From Dudresnaya verticillata (Eukaryota), in assembly GCA_977862235.1 (NCBI GenBank), contig OZ374557.1, positions 1,798,001-1,862,000 of the forward strand: DNA of 64,000 nt, given 5' to 3'. A program made the position numbers and the translations under genes. The stretch's first letter is position 1; the number at the start of each line of letters is the position of its first letter. Under the pieces are notes generated by a model, which searched no databases, had not been told where the DNA came from, and saw nothing but the letters and a program-made list of their open reading frames with translations. Positions 24,800 through 38,114 of the stretch are shown in pieces.

Positions 24800-25990
24800 C
24801 AAACCCCTTTGTTTCCTTGACCTCCGGTTCCTTCTTCCCTTCCATGGACTACCTTTAACTTGAAGTTGCAGTCTGCGAACTTGATCAACTTGACAAGAAG
24901 ATACCCCGACCCCAAGACAGCTCATGACCGTGTCAAGATCAAGGTGGAGTGCTATCTTCTCGCGAGAATCGAAAATGACGGAGCGATTGCTATCAACGAC
25001 GATGAAGTGGACAATTAGGTCGCCGCAGGAGTCAACGGCAACAAGGGGAATGATGAAGATACCCCTTGATGAGAGTCGAAGACCTCGCGAAGGTCCGACC
25101 TTTGCAACGTGAACTGGCTTAGGTTGCGCTCGAGCCAGCGCTGTGCATCTCCGAAGGTAGAGCAGTTGTTGGCATCCCAGGTTGTCGCCCGCAGCATTGC
25201 ATAGGCATAGTCAAAGTCATAATCTTCATCACAAAAGAGCGCGTTTGCAATCGAGCAGCGCAGAGTCTCTCCATGGGTCGCATGCACGAAAGGCTTCTTG
25301 TTGAAAACCTGGAATCGCCCGAGTTCGGGAACTAAGGGAAGGTTTCCACAGCCATCAAGGTGGAAGACATCACCTCGATCTCGAGAGCAGTCAGCAAGTA
25401 CGTTTTCCATGTACGCCTGTTGCCTGAATCGAGACCACTTCAGATTGACTATTGCGCCAGCCCGATTTTCTTCTTGCATTTCTAGCTCGCTGAACGCGTC
25501 GGTGTTGAGTGGACACAAGCTCGGCGTGATACAAAAGAATGGCGTCCTGAAGAAACGGTCACCTTGGGAATATGGTGAAGCTTCTATGCGTCCGCGGGCA
25601 GTCATACAAAAACGCCGCACGCCATTCAAAGTACGAAATCAGTGATTGTCTGCAAAACGGTATAAGACATCGATGAAACCGAGGTGGGTAAGCTTACGAT
25701 TGTTGAAGGATGACCGGGAACGCGTGCGAGGTACTCACTCAATGATTCTTAGACGCCCAGTGCCCCCTTGATCCGAGAAAGAAACGCATGCTTGGTGAGG
25801 GTTATCCTGCGTCCGTGGTCCTCAGTGTCAATAATGAAAGTGCCGCTCACAGTAGCTTGGACACGGCGCACGCAAACATAGAGCGGCGTGGTACCCCGCG
25901 AGACGCGCACCGCCAGCTGTGTCGACGAGACGTCCCTCGGCTCCATCAACGGGGTGCCAGACAGGCCGCCCCGACGACACAACAAGCACC
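24800..25990 (-). pseudogene. Degenerate antisense extra ORF between pol and PPT of copia A
   Basis: ORFs 25749-25985 and 25015-25629, plus a frameshifted continuation (GIFIIPLVAVDSCGDLIVHFIVVDSNRSVIFDSRE...), read like a globular protein. Confidence 0.5.
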
Positions 25991-26550
25991 ACGGTAATAC
26001 GCGGCATGGAAGAGAGGCGTACGCAGGGGATGTTTCGAACAGGGCACAACTCCAAGGTGGAGCACACCCTGGTTGAAAGAGAATGGGTCATGTGCTCTAA
26101 CGTATTGCCACACAGCGCCGAAAGGGCGCGGTAACGAATGTGCGGGCGTGCGAGTGCATCACAGGGCACGCGATCCTTCCCGCTGAATGCGCGGCAATGG
26201 GGGGAGTGTGGCAGTGAATTCGAGGAAAAGACAGAAAATCGGTGATTTATTCAAATAGCCGTATTTGTAATCGGGCTACGCCGTCCGCACAAAAAGCGGC
26301 GACCGATCGCGGGCGGGCGAAATAAAAGGCGCATGCGGACCGACGCATCCTCCAGGTCCAAGGCAGAGACGAGACAAGGAAAATCAACGGACCAACCTCA
26401 GACCTGGAGGGGGACAACTTCGTGCCCTCCACCTTCGCCTCCCGAGTCTCCCTAACCTCCTTGCCAGCCTCCTTTCCCTTCTTTTAGCGAGCGACGCGTG
26501 CGTAACCGCGGCTACCCTATCTAACCGCGTCTTCTCTCTCCGATAGTTGG

Positions 26551-26670
26551 ACCATGGGGTGGACGGAAGTATAGCGGAGGACGCGTTTTTCGCACTATTG
26601 GCTCGCGCGAAAAACGTGCGGTTTGCTTGGATTCATTGATGCATTAATGTTCGAGCAGATCCCGTTCCCG
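26551..26670 (+). pseudogene. egghead-like glycosyltransferase, continuation after copia A
   Basis: Rejoining across the TSD gives EQEVTLDHGVDGSIAEDAFFALLARAKNVRFAWI, then frameshifted DALMFEQIPF (Egghead: ...FDNGxDGSVAEDCFFA...EMYEKSPF). The gene is then truncated. Confidence 0.85.
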
Positions 26671-28760
26671 AATACCTTTGTCAGATCCCAATGCAGAGGC
26701 TCCTCGCGATCGCGGAAGACCTCATCACGCAATGTTTGTAACTCCATTAGCTTCTCGGAGTCATTGATTCGTAGCTCCTCTGAGCGTAAGCGCTTGCTTA
26801 CCTCATCTTTATCTGGAGGGGAGATTATCGCAGTGGCAGGTGTCTTTTCCAGCTCGGGTGGGAATAGCAAGAAACCTTGTTGAGGTCCCTTTGTTTTCAA
26901 CGCCTTCCACGAATCCTTGCAACCCACTCGTACCTAACAATTCGTCTTATAATAAGCTGCAGTAGAGCCGGAGTACAGTTACGATCTGGACAATTTGAAG
27001 TAGCGAAAGTGGAAGAAAGGCTCAACCCCCCCAATACACTTTTCCTGTTTGCAGAGTCCCGACCAGTTCGCGATGTGTCGCATGCGCGTCACTATAGGCG
27101 CGGGTGTGTACGATTGGTGTAGTTCCTGCATCAAGTCCTGCATAGTCACTGCTTCGTGGACGCGAAGCCTCCTGGGGGTGCAACTAAAAGTTTGGTCGAT
27201 GTCGGCATGTGTGTGCCCGATTGGCAAGAAATACATATGCACTTCAGTGAATACCCCCACGACACGAGCGACTCCAAGTACGCGAGTAGGAATATGTTCT
27301 TGTTTTCACGTGTACAGTTGTCTCATTGCAGAAAGAGAGTACCTCGGACCTCCCCTTTATCATATTTGGTTGCTAACACGCGGTACAACGCCTCAACAAT
27401 ATGGTTTGCACCGGATTCGAACTCGGCAGTCATTGTTAATAACGACAATCGATCTGCACAGCCGTGGTCCAGTACTCCTATCAATTTTGCTGCCAGCGCG
27501 TGGCCTGTTCTCGCTTTCGATCGAACATGGAAGTGCGGGAGACCATACGCCGATTGATCTGCACCATCGATAATCATTGAGCAATACCTTGTCGGCGAGA
27601 GTTTTGCCATGTCGCATTTCTTCCGGTACGCGATTCTTTCCTGCCTTACCATCTCTATATGCCGCCTGCGGCGCTCTCTCAATCCCTCTGTTGCCGTCTG
27701 GTCCGCACCCCCCGAAGTCGTGCAGGCAAGTTGATACCTCACAGTCTCGCACTCGGCACACTTCGCGAATCGGAGGGTTTCGTGCACTTTGATCCTTGCG
27801 CAATGTGCCGTCCAAAGAGTGTAAAAGTAGCTCTGAGACGGCGGTGTCTTTCCTCGGTACAATTTGGAAAGCTCACGCACAAAGACCTCGTACACCGCCT
27901 GCTTTTGAAAGAAGGGTAGATGAAGCTCGTCTCTGTCCGGCATTGCGTCAGATGTATCTTCCGCTAACCTCTCTAAGAAACTCACAATGAGTTCAAGAGA
28001 GTCTGTGGAAGCATCTCGAAAGCTCTTTCTGGGGCCGGCCCGCCTTCGGGCCTGTCTTATTCCTTTCGTTGACGACTGAAAGTCTCTCGAAAATCCAAAT
28101 GCCCGTTCTAGAAACGTGTAACACACCGGCCTGGCGTTGAAGAAGTACATATTAGAGTTGGGTTCCAACAGGCTTCGTAGCTATGCCCGCCGAGCTGCTC
28201 CGTTCATTACAATCGTACACCTCGCTTCCTCCTGAATATATGTGCTTTCAATTGTCGCAAAACATTGTTTTGACTGACAACATAACCATGACGAGATGTT
28301 AGTGTTCTCAAGGCCCTCGACCAGTTTCCGGCGCTTGCTGACCATCAAAGGAGCACAACGGTTGCCTTTCGGCCTGTTGTGATAGTTGTAACTTCGCTTC
28401 TGCCGGGTATGTGCCCTTGTGCTATGTTCACATCCCCCTCTTCCGGCCCTGTGCTAACAGCAGCAGTTGCCTCCCCAGGAGGGCTAGGCACCGCGTTTGC
28501 CTCAACCGGTCGTTCTATTTCGGCATCCTCCTCATCCCCATCACTTTATTCATCGTCCCCGTCACCCTCCGGTACGTATGCCTCGTCACCAGATTGTTCT
28601 GATATTTGAAACCTCTGGTCGAGGTCTCCATCGCGGTCTGGTTCGAGATGTGTATTGCAGAGGTGATGCGGTTAATACCAGCGAAGGAGCTGTTTGCGGG
28701 GAATCGACAGTCAGCCTCTTTCCTCGTCGGTGACTCTTTGGCGGTTTTTCATAGAAGATT
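26670..28760 (-). pseudogene. DNA transposase relic, Sola-like DDD/E type
   Basis: SMIIDGADQ, GANHIVE, LFLQ*DNCTRENKN and FLPIGHTHADIDQTFS, with a Cys cluster (WLCCQSKQC; KCAEC) and an acidic N-terminus. Several stops and frameshifts; termini not identified. The superfamily call is from motif memory only. Confidence 0.7.
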
Positions 28761-31700
28761 CCTCCCCGGGGAGACGGGTCGCAGGGAGAGGTGTGTCTGC
28801 TGCAGTACTGGAGGGTGCCGCAGCATGTTTGTTGCGCATCTGCGCCTCATCCCAAACATGCATTCCTACCTCAAGACCGCGAAGAGTAGCAGGTGGATCT
28901 TCGACGCCCTTGTAAGTGTAACGGTAAGGCTTCGAAGCAGACTTTTTTCTTCTATCTTCACCTTATAAATGACCGACAATGTTTGCCCTTCGTCCTCGAC
29001 CTCGTGCAAAAAATGCCCATGTAGTCCAGTGCAATAGCACCCTGTGCTGTCCGCTGCACTAGGCTCTGGCGGGGCGAGCGGCTCAGCGGTGCCGACTATC
29101 AGCCCTTTGTCGAGCAACTGAACACGCCTTCGCGTAGGGGGAGTAACAATTTCCTTCCCATCATTACCTTCACGCACTGCAGCTGAAGATGTCGACATTT
29201 CTGGTCCAGCTTGCAGACCGTTTTCGTCTCCGCGTCGCGGAGATCTCCTTCCAGCTTATGATAAACTGGTAATTACTGTTGAGGAGGCGAAGACAGGTGC
29301 CGGCGCTGGTGGCACATCTAGGAGATATCGGAAAGTGGCATGGAACCACCTGATTTGCCAGTCTGATTCTAGGGGGTTATGATATTTTCAGAACGAGATC
29401 ACGAAAATGTACATGACCAGGCGCATACGACCCGGTCGGAGCAAAGATGCTTGCGGCACGTCTGCTACACAACTCAGTGACAGTCAACGTATGTGTACAA
29501 ACTAGGCAGGAACAGAGCATATTGTAGTCACGGGGGAAGTGAAGTGGGCGTTTGTGCACTCGTGCTTGTGATGTGTAACGAAGCCATCTTTGCATGTTGC
29601 GTTGATATTTCATGGATGAAAACTAAACCGGCGATGCGCATGCTTCCTAGCGCCAGACGGTAGTTGGTATACCCCTATTACCTGATCCCTTTCAGTATCA
29701 ACAGCGCATGTTATGAGGCAAACGGGGCTGGATCTTATGGTGGCACTGGCCTTAAGGTTGGAAGGCAGCGACATGACTAGAGATTCGGCTCGTCGAACGA
29801 AGCAGAAGAAGAAAACCCGCACAAACGAAGAAATACTACCGGCGGCTATAAGGGGCCATTTAGTTATCTGCCTCGACGGAGAAAGCCCTAATCACAACAA
29901 CCTAGAAGTGTTACTCCGTCGAATGTGGCTTCAAAGAAAGGAAAATATGATGAAGGCTCCAGTTTTCGTTTCCCATACTCGGTTCAAAATATTCCAAACC
30001 GATTTGCACTGCGTTGCCTCTACAGTTGCTTCTTGCATACCATGGCACTTTCGTTTGCTGTGTGTGCCATGGTGTAGAATCTTTGCAGCTTTTACGGGTG
30101 GTACAGCAGGTTCGACCACTGGGCATAAAGTTAGCGTAACAGCAAGAAAACAGACCAGTTTAACCTCAATTGAGGTACGCTTAAGTGTTCTCCAATGGTA
30201 AGTCTAACCATCCACAAGTTGGATTCGAAACTACAGCAGCCATGGCAGGCTTGGGCGGCGATCTACGTGCCTTAGTTCGATTTTTGACGTTTGCGAGTAT
30301 GCTGCCTGGTAGCACAACTGGACCACAGGTGCTTCCCAAGCCGCAAAACAAGAGTAACAGACTCGGCCTCAAAGGGATGACTACATACAATATACAACCA
30401 GTGGGATATTCGTACGCTCAGGGGTTAGCACTATGAACGGCTAGGAGATGAATACTGCAAGAGGCAGCGCTACGCTTCTGGTGAAATGATGATATCATCT
30501 CTGTTCACGCCATTAGTAGCGAGGATACACTGCACCAGGCATAGAATGCCAGGTGCACGTTAGTAGCGAATGGAGTTTTTCAATCTGGTAGATAAACGGC
30601 TCCTGGACCCTACAATGAAGGCTCAGTTACTCTGAGTTCGGCTTTGACCATCAAAGTGTATTGAGCGGCTGTCCCTGTATGCACTTCGAACGTGTTGCAT
30701 GAGGCGTCTTTCCAGTTTGTCATGACCGTGGACCATCTCAAACAACTCTTTGAAGCATAGTATATGAATGGGATCGTCTCTATGTTGCCTTACTCGAGAC
30801 CGTTTTCTTGGCATTCCACAGATGCTGATAGTCGTTCCAGGAACGCTTTATTCACGGATAGAAGCAGCAGATGACGGGCAGCATGCCGAATGTTCTTTTA
30901 GGGCCGCACTGGACATGGTACTGGTGTCTAAGGGCTAGAGCAAGCAGAAAAATGTTGTTAGGATAGATCCTAGGATAGATCCTCTGCACACTCGATGACA
31001 TGGGGAACAAACAGCTTGCCCACTTCTGCACAGTCTGGCAGACAGCACAGCACTGTTCATTCATTTCGTGTGGACAGCGTGGATGCCGGACCAGAGGGTG
31101 GGCAACGGCTCCCAGCGCCTAGTCCGGATCGCTGCGCACGACTGGGCTCCGAACTCGCGCTCATGTCGAGGTTTTGGCGGCAGCTAAGTGGCCTGACGGT
31201 AAGAGCGTGAATGAAGAAGGATGCAGATCTCGGCACGAAGGAGCCGCTAGTTGGTACAGGACCTGGAGAGTCAAAAGGTTTCTATACCAGGCTGCACAAT
31301 CTTTACAACCGAGAAGACGAATATCGGAGAGCAGCTAACTCCGTAGACCAGAACAGTAAGCAAGGAAGCAAAGCTGTCTTCCGGGACGTCTATCCTGAAG
31401 CGCATAACAAGGATCGAAAACGCGAAGGTCTTTGCATGCAATAGGTAGAAACGTTGCTCTTGCAACTGCCATGCACAAAACGTGTTTTACAACGGTTTGA
31501 ATACTCTCATCGCCATTGCAACTCTTCGCGTTGCCCCCCCGTCCAAACCAAAATTATGGTCACTGAATATCAGAGTACAAGCTGGGGGCAAGACGCTCAG
31601 CATGCATGCAACACTAGAAGCGAGCATTTTAGGTACGGTGTTATCGTAGAACGAACACAACGTCATTACCAGCATCGTTGAAGACGCAACAAAGTTCATA

Positions 31701-32154
31701 AAAGAAAGAGAAACTATACTTGCAAGATATCAAGATGGACTGCTGCGAGCTCGAATTCCGGCAGACACTCGGAATATCTGAAATACCGAGAGCAGTACCA
31801 AAACCACGCATGCCTTTCAACTAGACCACATCGTGAGCTGCATTGGACCGACGAGTAGTTCTGCAATGCTGCGGCTGCCTGTACTGGGTGATAAGGGGCC
31901 CATGGAAGTAGCCTAGGTTACCTCAAAATCCGAATTAAAAATCTCAGAAATGACAGCAAAATTAATTATTTCAGACCCGCTGCCGGGTTAGTAGGCCAAC
32001 CAACATAACTCGCGAACTACTACTTAGTTCTCTACTCCGTTTGCACGAGCGTGCTCATGGGACGCTTCCCTTTCCAACGAATGTATTTTGGAAGCGTTTT
32101 ATTTCAGTCTGTTTTCAAAGTACATTCTGTAACGCGGGAAACCAGTGTTAAACA

Positions 32155-33588
32155 GTGTTGGTATGGCAGTCCCGTCGACGGGATAGCCACTTCTTCGAGG
32201 ACGGGGACGGGAGCTTGTGCCGGCGTCACCCCATCATCTCCTCGTCGGAGCAAATAGTGGTGCTCGAAGCGCTACAGCCACGGCTTCTCACGCTCGCCCA
32301 CCACTCCCTCCTGGCTGACCACCCTGGCCAGAACAGGATGTTCTACACGCTCCGCGAGAGCTACTACTGGCCACACATGTCAGCGGATATAGACATGACA
32401 GTTCGGAACTGTCGGAATTGTGCCAGGAACCGCATACGCTTGCAGAGGTCCCTTCATCGGTTGAAGTTGTTCCCGGCTACGAGGCCGCTCGAGTCGCTCG
32501 CGATCGATACCCTAGGACCGCTGCCCAAGACGAAGTCAGGAAAGCGATTCCTGCTCGTCATGACGGATCGATTTACGAAACTGACTCAAGTAGCGCCGCT
32601 GCGCACCATCGCAGCGTACCACGTTGCAGAGGCGTTCTGTGAGAGACGGATCTTCCACTATGGACCACCGAGGTCTCTGTTGTCGGAAAACGGGAAGTAA
32701 TTCACCTCTACGTTCTTTCAGGCAGTGTGCCGCTACCTCGGACTGAACAACGTCTTCACTTCCGCCTACCACCCGCAGGCGAACGGTCAAGTTGAGCGCT
32801 ACAACCGGACCGTCATGGCCATGTTGAGGAATTACATCAACGATCACCAGGACGACTGGGATCGATACGCAGCGGCGTTGACGTATTCCTACAACTGCCA
32901 TGTGCATCACACGACGCGGACGACACCCTTCAGCCTCGTGCTGTCCCGGCCGCCGTCGGCGTTCACTACGTTTCATAAGGCAGCGGCCAGACCGAGACCT
33001 AGTGAGGACGTGCGCGCTGACTTTCTCAAGCGGCTCGACGCCGCCTTCGCAAGCGCATCGAGCGCTCTCGACAAAACGCAGCGGAGATACAAGAAAGACT
33101 TTGGCAAGCATTTCAGAAAAGTCAACTCCCGCATTCGAGCGGGAGACTACGTCTTCATCGACGCGAGCGACGGGGTTAAGAAACCCAAGAAGCTCCAGAG
33201 CCCAGCGATAGGGACCTACCTCGTTCTTAACGACAAGCGCACGTTGCTTATCGACAGAGGTGGCTTGGTTGAACGCATCGCAGCAGACTGCGCCGTCTAC
33301 TGTCCCCCGCCGCTGCGGGAGGATACTGCGCAGCGCAGCGCATACGTACCCACCACTGAGGAACTCGCGTCCAAAGCCGTCGACGGCCCGCGGTTCGTGG
33401 TGGATAATGTCCTTGACCACGGCACGGCCGACGATGGCACGCTCGTGTTCAAGGTGAAGTGGACCGGCTATTGCAAGCCGACATGGGAGCCACGTTCCCA
33501 TCTCCCCGAGGCGATGGTGAGCCACTATTTCGCATCGCAGCGGCGGCGAAACACCAACCGGCTCGAAGCCGCTCGCTCCTCCGCATAG
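32155..33588 (+). pseudogene. Gypsy E integrase + chromodomain (in-frame stop at 32698-32700)
   Basis: H...HPG...YYWPHM...CRNC, AIDTLGPLP, TDRFTK, SAYHPQANGQVERYNRT, and chromodomain FVVDNVLDH...FKVKWTGY...TWEP. Confidence 0.92.
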
Positions 33589-34849
33589 CCCCTCGGCGGG
33601 GGCGCCTCGCGCTTGAGGAAGGGGCCGTAGACATTCGTTCCCCTTTTGCGAAGGCAATAGATGCCTCACCCTACCCTGCAGTGGGCACCGAGCCCAGGCA
33701 GGTCACCCTTGCGCCAGCAGCAGCCGCAGTAGCGTAAGAGGGGCGGCAGAACGCTGATTCCTGCGCATCGACGCGCACAAGGCGGCTGCCAGCTAACCAA
33801 GCCTGGGGCAGCGGCCCGGGCTGATCACACACACTCTCCAGCGGCGATGAGACACAGCCGCTACCTCGCCTCCGCGCGTGACAGGCGTCAACGCCTCACG
33901 CACGCAAGGTAAGGGGCGCTGACCAGCGGCTACCGAAGCCGCTAACCAGCGCCTTGCACGCGGCACTACCTTCGCTCACGCCAGTGCAACCCAACGCGCC
34001 AGCCGCAGCGGCTGCTGAGCGAGGAGGGGTCACACCAGCGTGGGTGCAGAGCGGGGGCGTCGACGCGCCCAAGGCCGTCACTGTCGAAGCGAAGCGGTGT
34101 GGGACAAAGGGCAGCGGCCCGATCGCCATCTCACTCGGGTGCACCGAAGTGCCGTTGCACTCGATGTGCAACGGCACCCCAAAAGCGTGCGTCACTTTTG
34201 CCGTGCGCCCCGGCGCGGGGCGCACGCAGCGCATCGAGCGCGAAAAGTGTTCCGGCTACAGTACGTAGTGTAGGCAAGGGGTTGGGAAACACCCAACCAG
34301 GCCAGCGGGCCGGAAGGCAGCAGCCAATGAAAGGGGTTGCGAACATTCCCCAGCCAACGATTGGCTCTAATTTGGGCGCAAACTACCTCCAGGCGGGGAG
34401 CAACAGCAGCGACTGGTCGAGTTGGCCAGGAGCGGCACGCCGCCGGCACAAGCAGTGGACGCGAGGCAGCGGCCTCGTCGAAGCTAGCCGCAGTAGCACC
34501 AGCCGCCCAAGACGGGCGCACAAGGGCAACCACTGTGGCCTCCCCCATTCCAAGGCGGCATAACGCGCAGCGGCGCTGGGGAGCCACAATGGATCGGCAC
34601 GCTTGCCAATTGCACCTGCGCAGCGGCTCACGCAACCCCCGCGCCGAGACGACCACTGTTGTAGCTTAGTGACAACGCACGCGGGCTTGATGCGCGCGAA
34701 CAGCACTCACCTTGGGCAGCGGCCCGACGTGGCGAGCTTCTGTGCCGGCGATCGCTTTCGGAAAAAGAAATTCGCATCGACGCGGGCCGAAGCCATATCT
34801 CACCCCTTTCCCTTTAACATGTCTATAGACGCAGCGGCGTAACTGGACT

Positions 34850-37787
34850 AAAAGGCGCAGCGGCGCTTTATTCGCTGGGTGCCGCGGCACCCGCGAGCAC
34901 TATGTGTCGATCGCATCATTGGGCAGCGTTGCCCCCAGCCCCCGCTCCCTGCTGTGCAGTCGTCGACGACGGAAAGCCAGGAGCAGAGGGGTCGTATCCG
35001 GTCACCTCGGCCGCAGCGTGCGGCTGAGTTGGCGCAGCAGCGCCCGCCGCGGTAATCGACGCGTGGTACACCGCAGCGGTGCCAGCGGCAGCGGCCGCTA
35101 ATCCAGCGGGGCTCACTTGCCCCACTGGGGGACCATACCCCTGCGGCACGTAGCCCGCGGGACGGGCGCGGCGGCGTCCGGCTGCCGTGGACTCCACCGC
35201 CCTGCACCACCATCGATGGCGTGTAGCCGGAGGGTCCCCATGGGAGCACCTGGACATCGGGCCCGGCGGCATAAGGCAGCATCGGTTGCTGCGCAGACTT
35301 CACGGGCGCATACGACGGTATCGGCTGCTGAGTTGGCGCCAGCGCTGGTAGCGGCTGATACTCCTCTCGTGGCCGCTTGCCGAGCGATTTAACGACTTTG
35401 AACGAGCCAGCAGCGCGCCTCAGCCCCCCCTGTAGTATTGCGCATCGTACTCAAACCTGTCCCGCTCGGTGCGGTAGCGGAGGACAATGGCGTTCGCAGC
35501 GGCGAGATCGTCATGCGTCCCCGCCAGATGGGCCACAAAGGCGGTAACAAGACTCCGCAGCGGCGCGTCATCACCGAACTGTACCAGCGCAGCGGCGCGG
35601 CGCACATCTTGGGTCGAGCGCATCAGTTGTGGGCGGCGGCACATAAGCGGCCACCGCCATCGACGGCGGTGGGCCATATCTCACCGCCTGCATCCACGGC
35701 GTATAGGCAGTGGGCAGCGGATCGACCGCCGCCTGCCGCTCCAGACCTCCACCCATGGCAGCGGTCGGGGGAGTTGGTGCCATAGCTCGGGGTGCCGGTG
35801 CCGCCACTCGTGGCACCGGCGGTAAGTAGGGCTCGGCCTCCGAGGCCATAACGGCAGCGGCCGACTTGGATGCCCCACCTATGCCCCGACGGGGGCTTGT
35901 CCTTTCGGCCCGCTCGACGCGGGCCATATCCGCCATCGAGGCGTATCCACGATCCTTCCGCGGGGCGCGCGCGCGTTGGATCTTGTGGCAGGTCCCCGAC
36001 ACGGGCTTGACCCCGCAAATGAACGCATCGATGCGTGTGGCGAAGTGACGGCGACGGGTGTGCTTCTCTCGGGCAGCGGCCACGAAGCGTGTCGTGTTCA
36101 GCAGCTGCTTGAACTCGAACGTCACCGATGTGTTGTCCGGGCCTGCCGCGCCTCGGAGGCTCGGGAAGCCCGGGCGCCTGCTGCGCCATAAGGCATAGAG
36201 GTACACCAAGAGGCGATCGTCGAGGACCCAACATATTTCCTTCCATAGGATGTCGGAGGCGTAGTGACGCCCCGCCTCAAAGGCATACTCGTCGGAGCGC
36301 CTACCGAGGAACGCTCGACGAATTACCTCACTTCCCGCCGTGGCGTAGTGGAAATACCGCGCGACGCTGGGACACGGGATGATCATGCCAGCGGGCACGT
36401 TCCGGTGGGAATACCACTCCGCGGAGGGAAACCACGACACGTGGAGCGCCGGGTGCAATCTTGCACCCGTAATGATGAGCCCATCACTGGGGGCGCGGCA
36501 GGTCGCCCAGTCCCGCTCCCCCACACACGCCGAGGAGGCGACATACGCAGTCGGCATCGGCCAGACCTCGCGCCTCCTCTGGCGTCTCCTCGATGGGGAT
36601 GTCGCTCAGTCCGGCCAACAAGGCCGCGAGGGGCTCGTGGAACCCATCGACGAGTTTCACAAAAAGGCCTTCGGCGCCCTTATCCACGATCATCAGCTGC
36701 TTGATCGTGGTGACGAACGAGACATCACACGATAGGCCGTTCAGTACGAGCCATACCGGCGATGAGGGCATGAAGGCGTTGTAGGTAGCGGCCCCGCAAT
36801 CATCGCTCGTATCTGCCACGCGCAGGAGACGTTGTACGTCGATCCTTGGCACGGGCAACCGACGTTACTGGTCCAGCGGGATCTGGTGGCGCGGTGCCTC
36901 CCACGCGAAGACAGTGGGAGGCAATGCATCTTGTGAATTGGGAGCCGCGACACCGAGTCGCTGGGGCCCAATGGTAAGAGACACCCCTCGCATGGTGATG
37001 ACCGGCAGAGGGGGAGCCACGGTAGCGGCCGATGACGACTCGATGGCAGCGGCCGTGCTTGTGTCAGGGGCTGTCGACGCCCCTGCACCGGGGTCGCCTT
37101 GCGTCGATGCGTCCAGGCCCCGGCGGGGTACAGACGGAGCCGCAGCGGGCGGAATTCTGCTCCCCCTTGACGCGGAGGCCGTCGACGACCCCGTTAGGTC
37201 AAGGTCGCGAGCCACGGGCAGCACGTCGACGCGCGAAGCGGTAAAGGGCACAGCGACCGGAGCCGCCTCCTCTTGGCATGGACCGGTATCGGCCGCTCCA
37301 CTCCGATCCAGGCCTCCCAAGCCACGCAGCAGCGGGCCTTGGTTGGCCACCTCTACCTCCTCGTAGCTCGGCAAAGGTCGGGTCGCCTTACCCCGAGCCA
37401 GCGCAGCGACTGCTGGCTGAGCGGGAATCTCGGCGGGAGATGTATCAACCGCAGCGGCGGGACGCATCTCCAGTGTCTTTGCGGGCACAGCAGCGCCCTT
37501 CACAGCTTCGTCGGGAACCGGTGGGTCGGCATGCGCAGCGGCGCCGGCCCCAGACGCCGAAGCGGCAGCGGGGCCAGTGGGCACCGAAGCCGCCACCGCG
37601 GCGAGCGGTGGGTGCGGCAGCGCAGCGGCGCTCTCCCCAGGCACATCCTGCGTCTGGGGGTGTTGAGCAGCCGCCACCGGTTCCGCCGGTGCAGCCGTCG
37701 ATGGCGCACCAACGGCCGGTGGCGGCGTGGTTGCGGGCGCCCCTTCGTCAGGGGCCCCCCGAGTGGCAGACGAGCGCGTCTTAGCCA
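34850..37787 (-). pseudogene. Large antisense ORF (degenerate) in the 3' region of gypsy E
   Basis: Consecutive minus-strand ORFs 36865-37932 (MAKTRSSATR..., Ala/Pro-rich), 36484-36858 (same frame after one stop), 35571-36557 and smaller downstream ORFs. Confidence 0.5.
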
Positions 37788-38114
37788 TCCCTATCGCCGC
37801 ATGTCGACGTGGGTGATCGAGTCGAGGCGAAGGGGGAGGATGTAGCGTAGCACGGCACACACAGACGACAGCGGTCACTGGTGTGCAGATGCGTATGAAC
37901 AAGGGGAAGGTCGTGGAGGGCGATACCCGCAACCTAGCCAGAGCTGACTACGCGGTGATCCTTATATGCTTAATGGCGCAGACGCTCGGGCACGCGCATA
38001 CACCATCGACGGGCGCGCGTGCCAATCATTGTCAAGGGCCACTCGGGATTGCCATCGTGGCCCCGGGAAACCTTAACGGCCGTGAGCAGGGCGCTCACGC
38101 TTGAGGGGGGGCCG

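Larger units (their letters stand above)
10756..26545 (+). mobile_element. Ty1/copia LTR retrotransposon A (degenerate; hosts nested insertions)
   Basis: 5' LTR 10756-11017 + 18868-18944 and 3' LTR 26207-26545. TSD GTTGG at 10751-10755 and 26546-26550. PBS at 18945; PPT ggggggag before 26207. Confidence 0.93.

Noticed and set aside
29200..32100. Short ORFs of 60-160 aa
   Set aside because: No recognisable motifs; probably decayed repeat or intergenic DNA.
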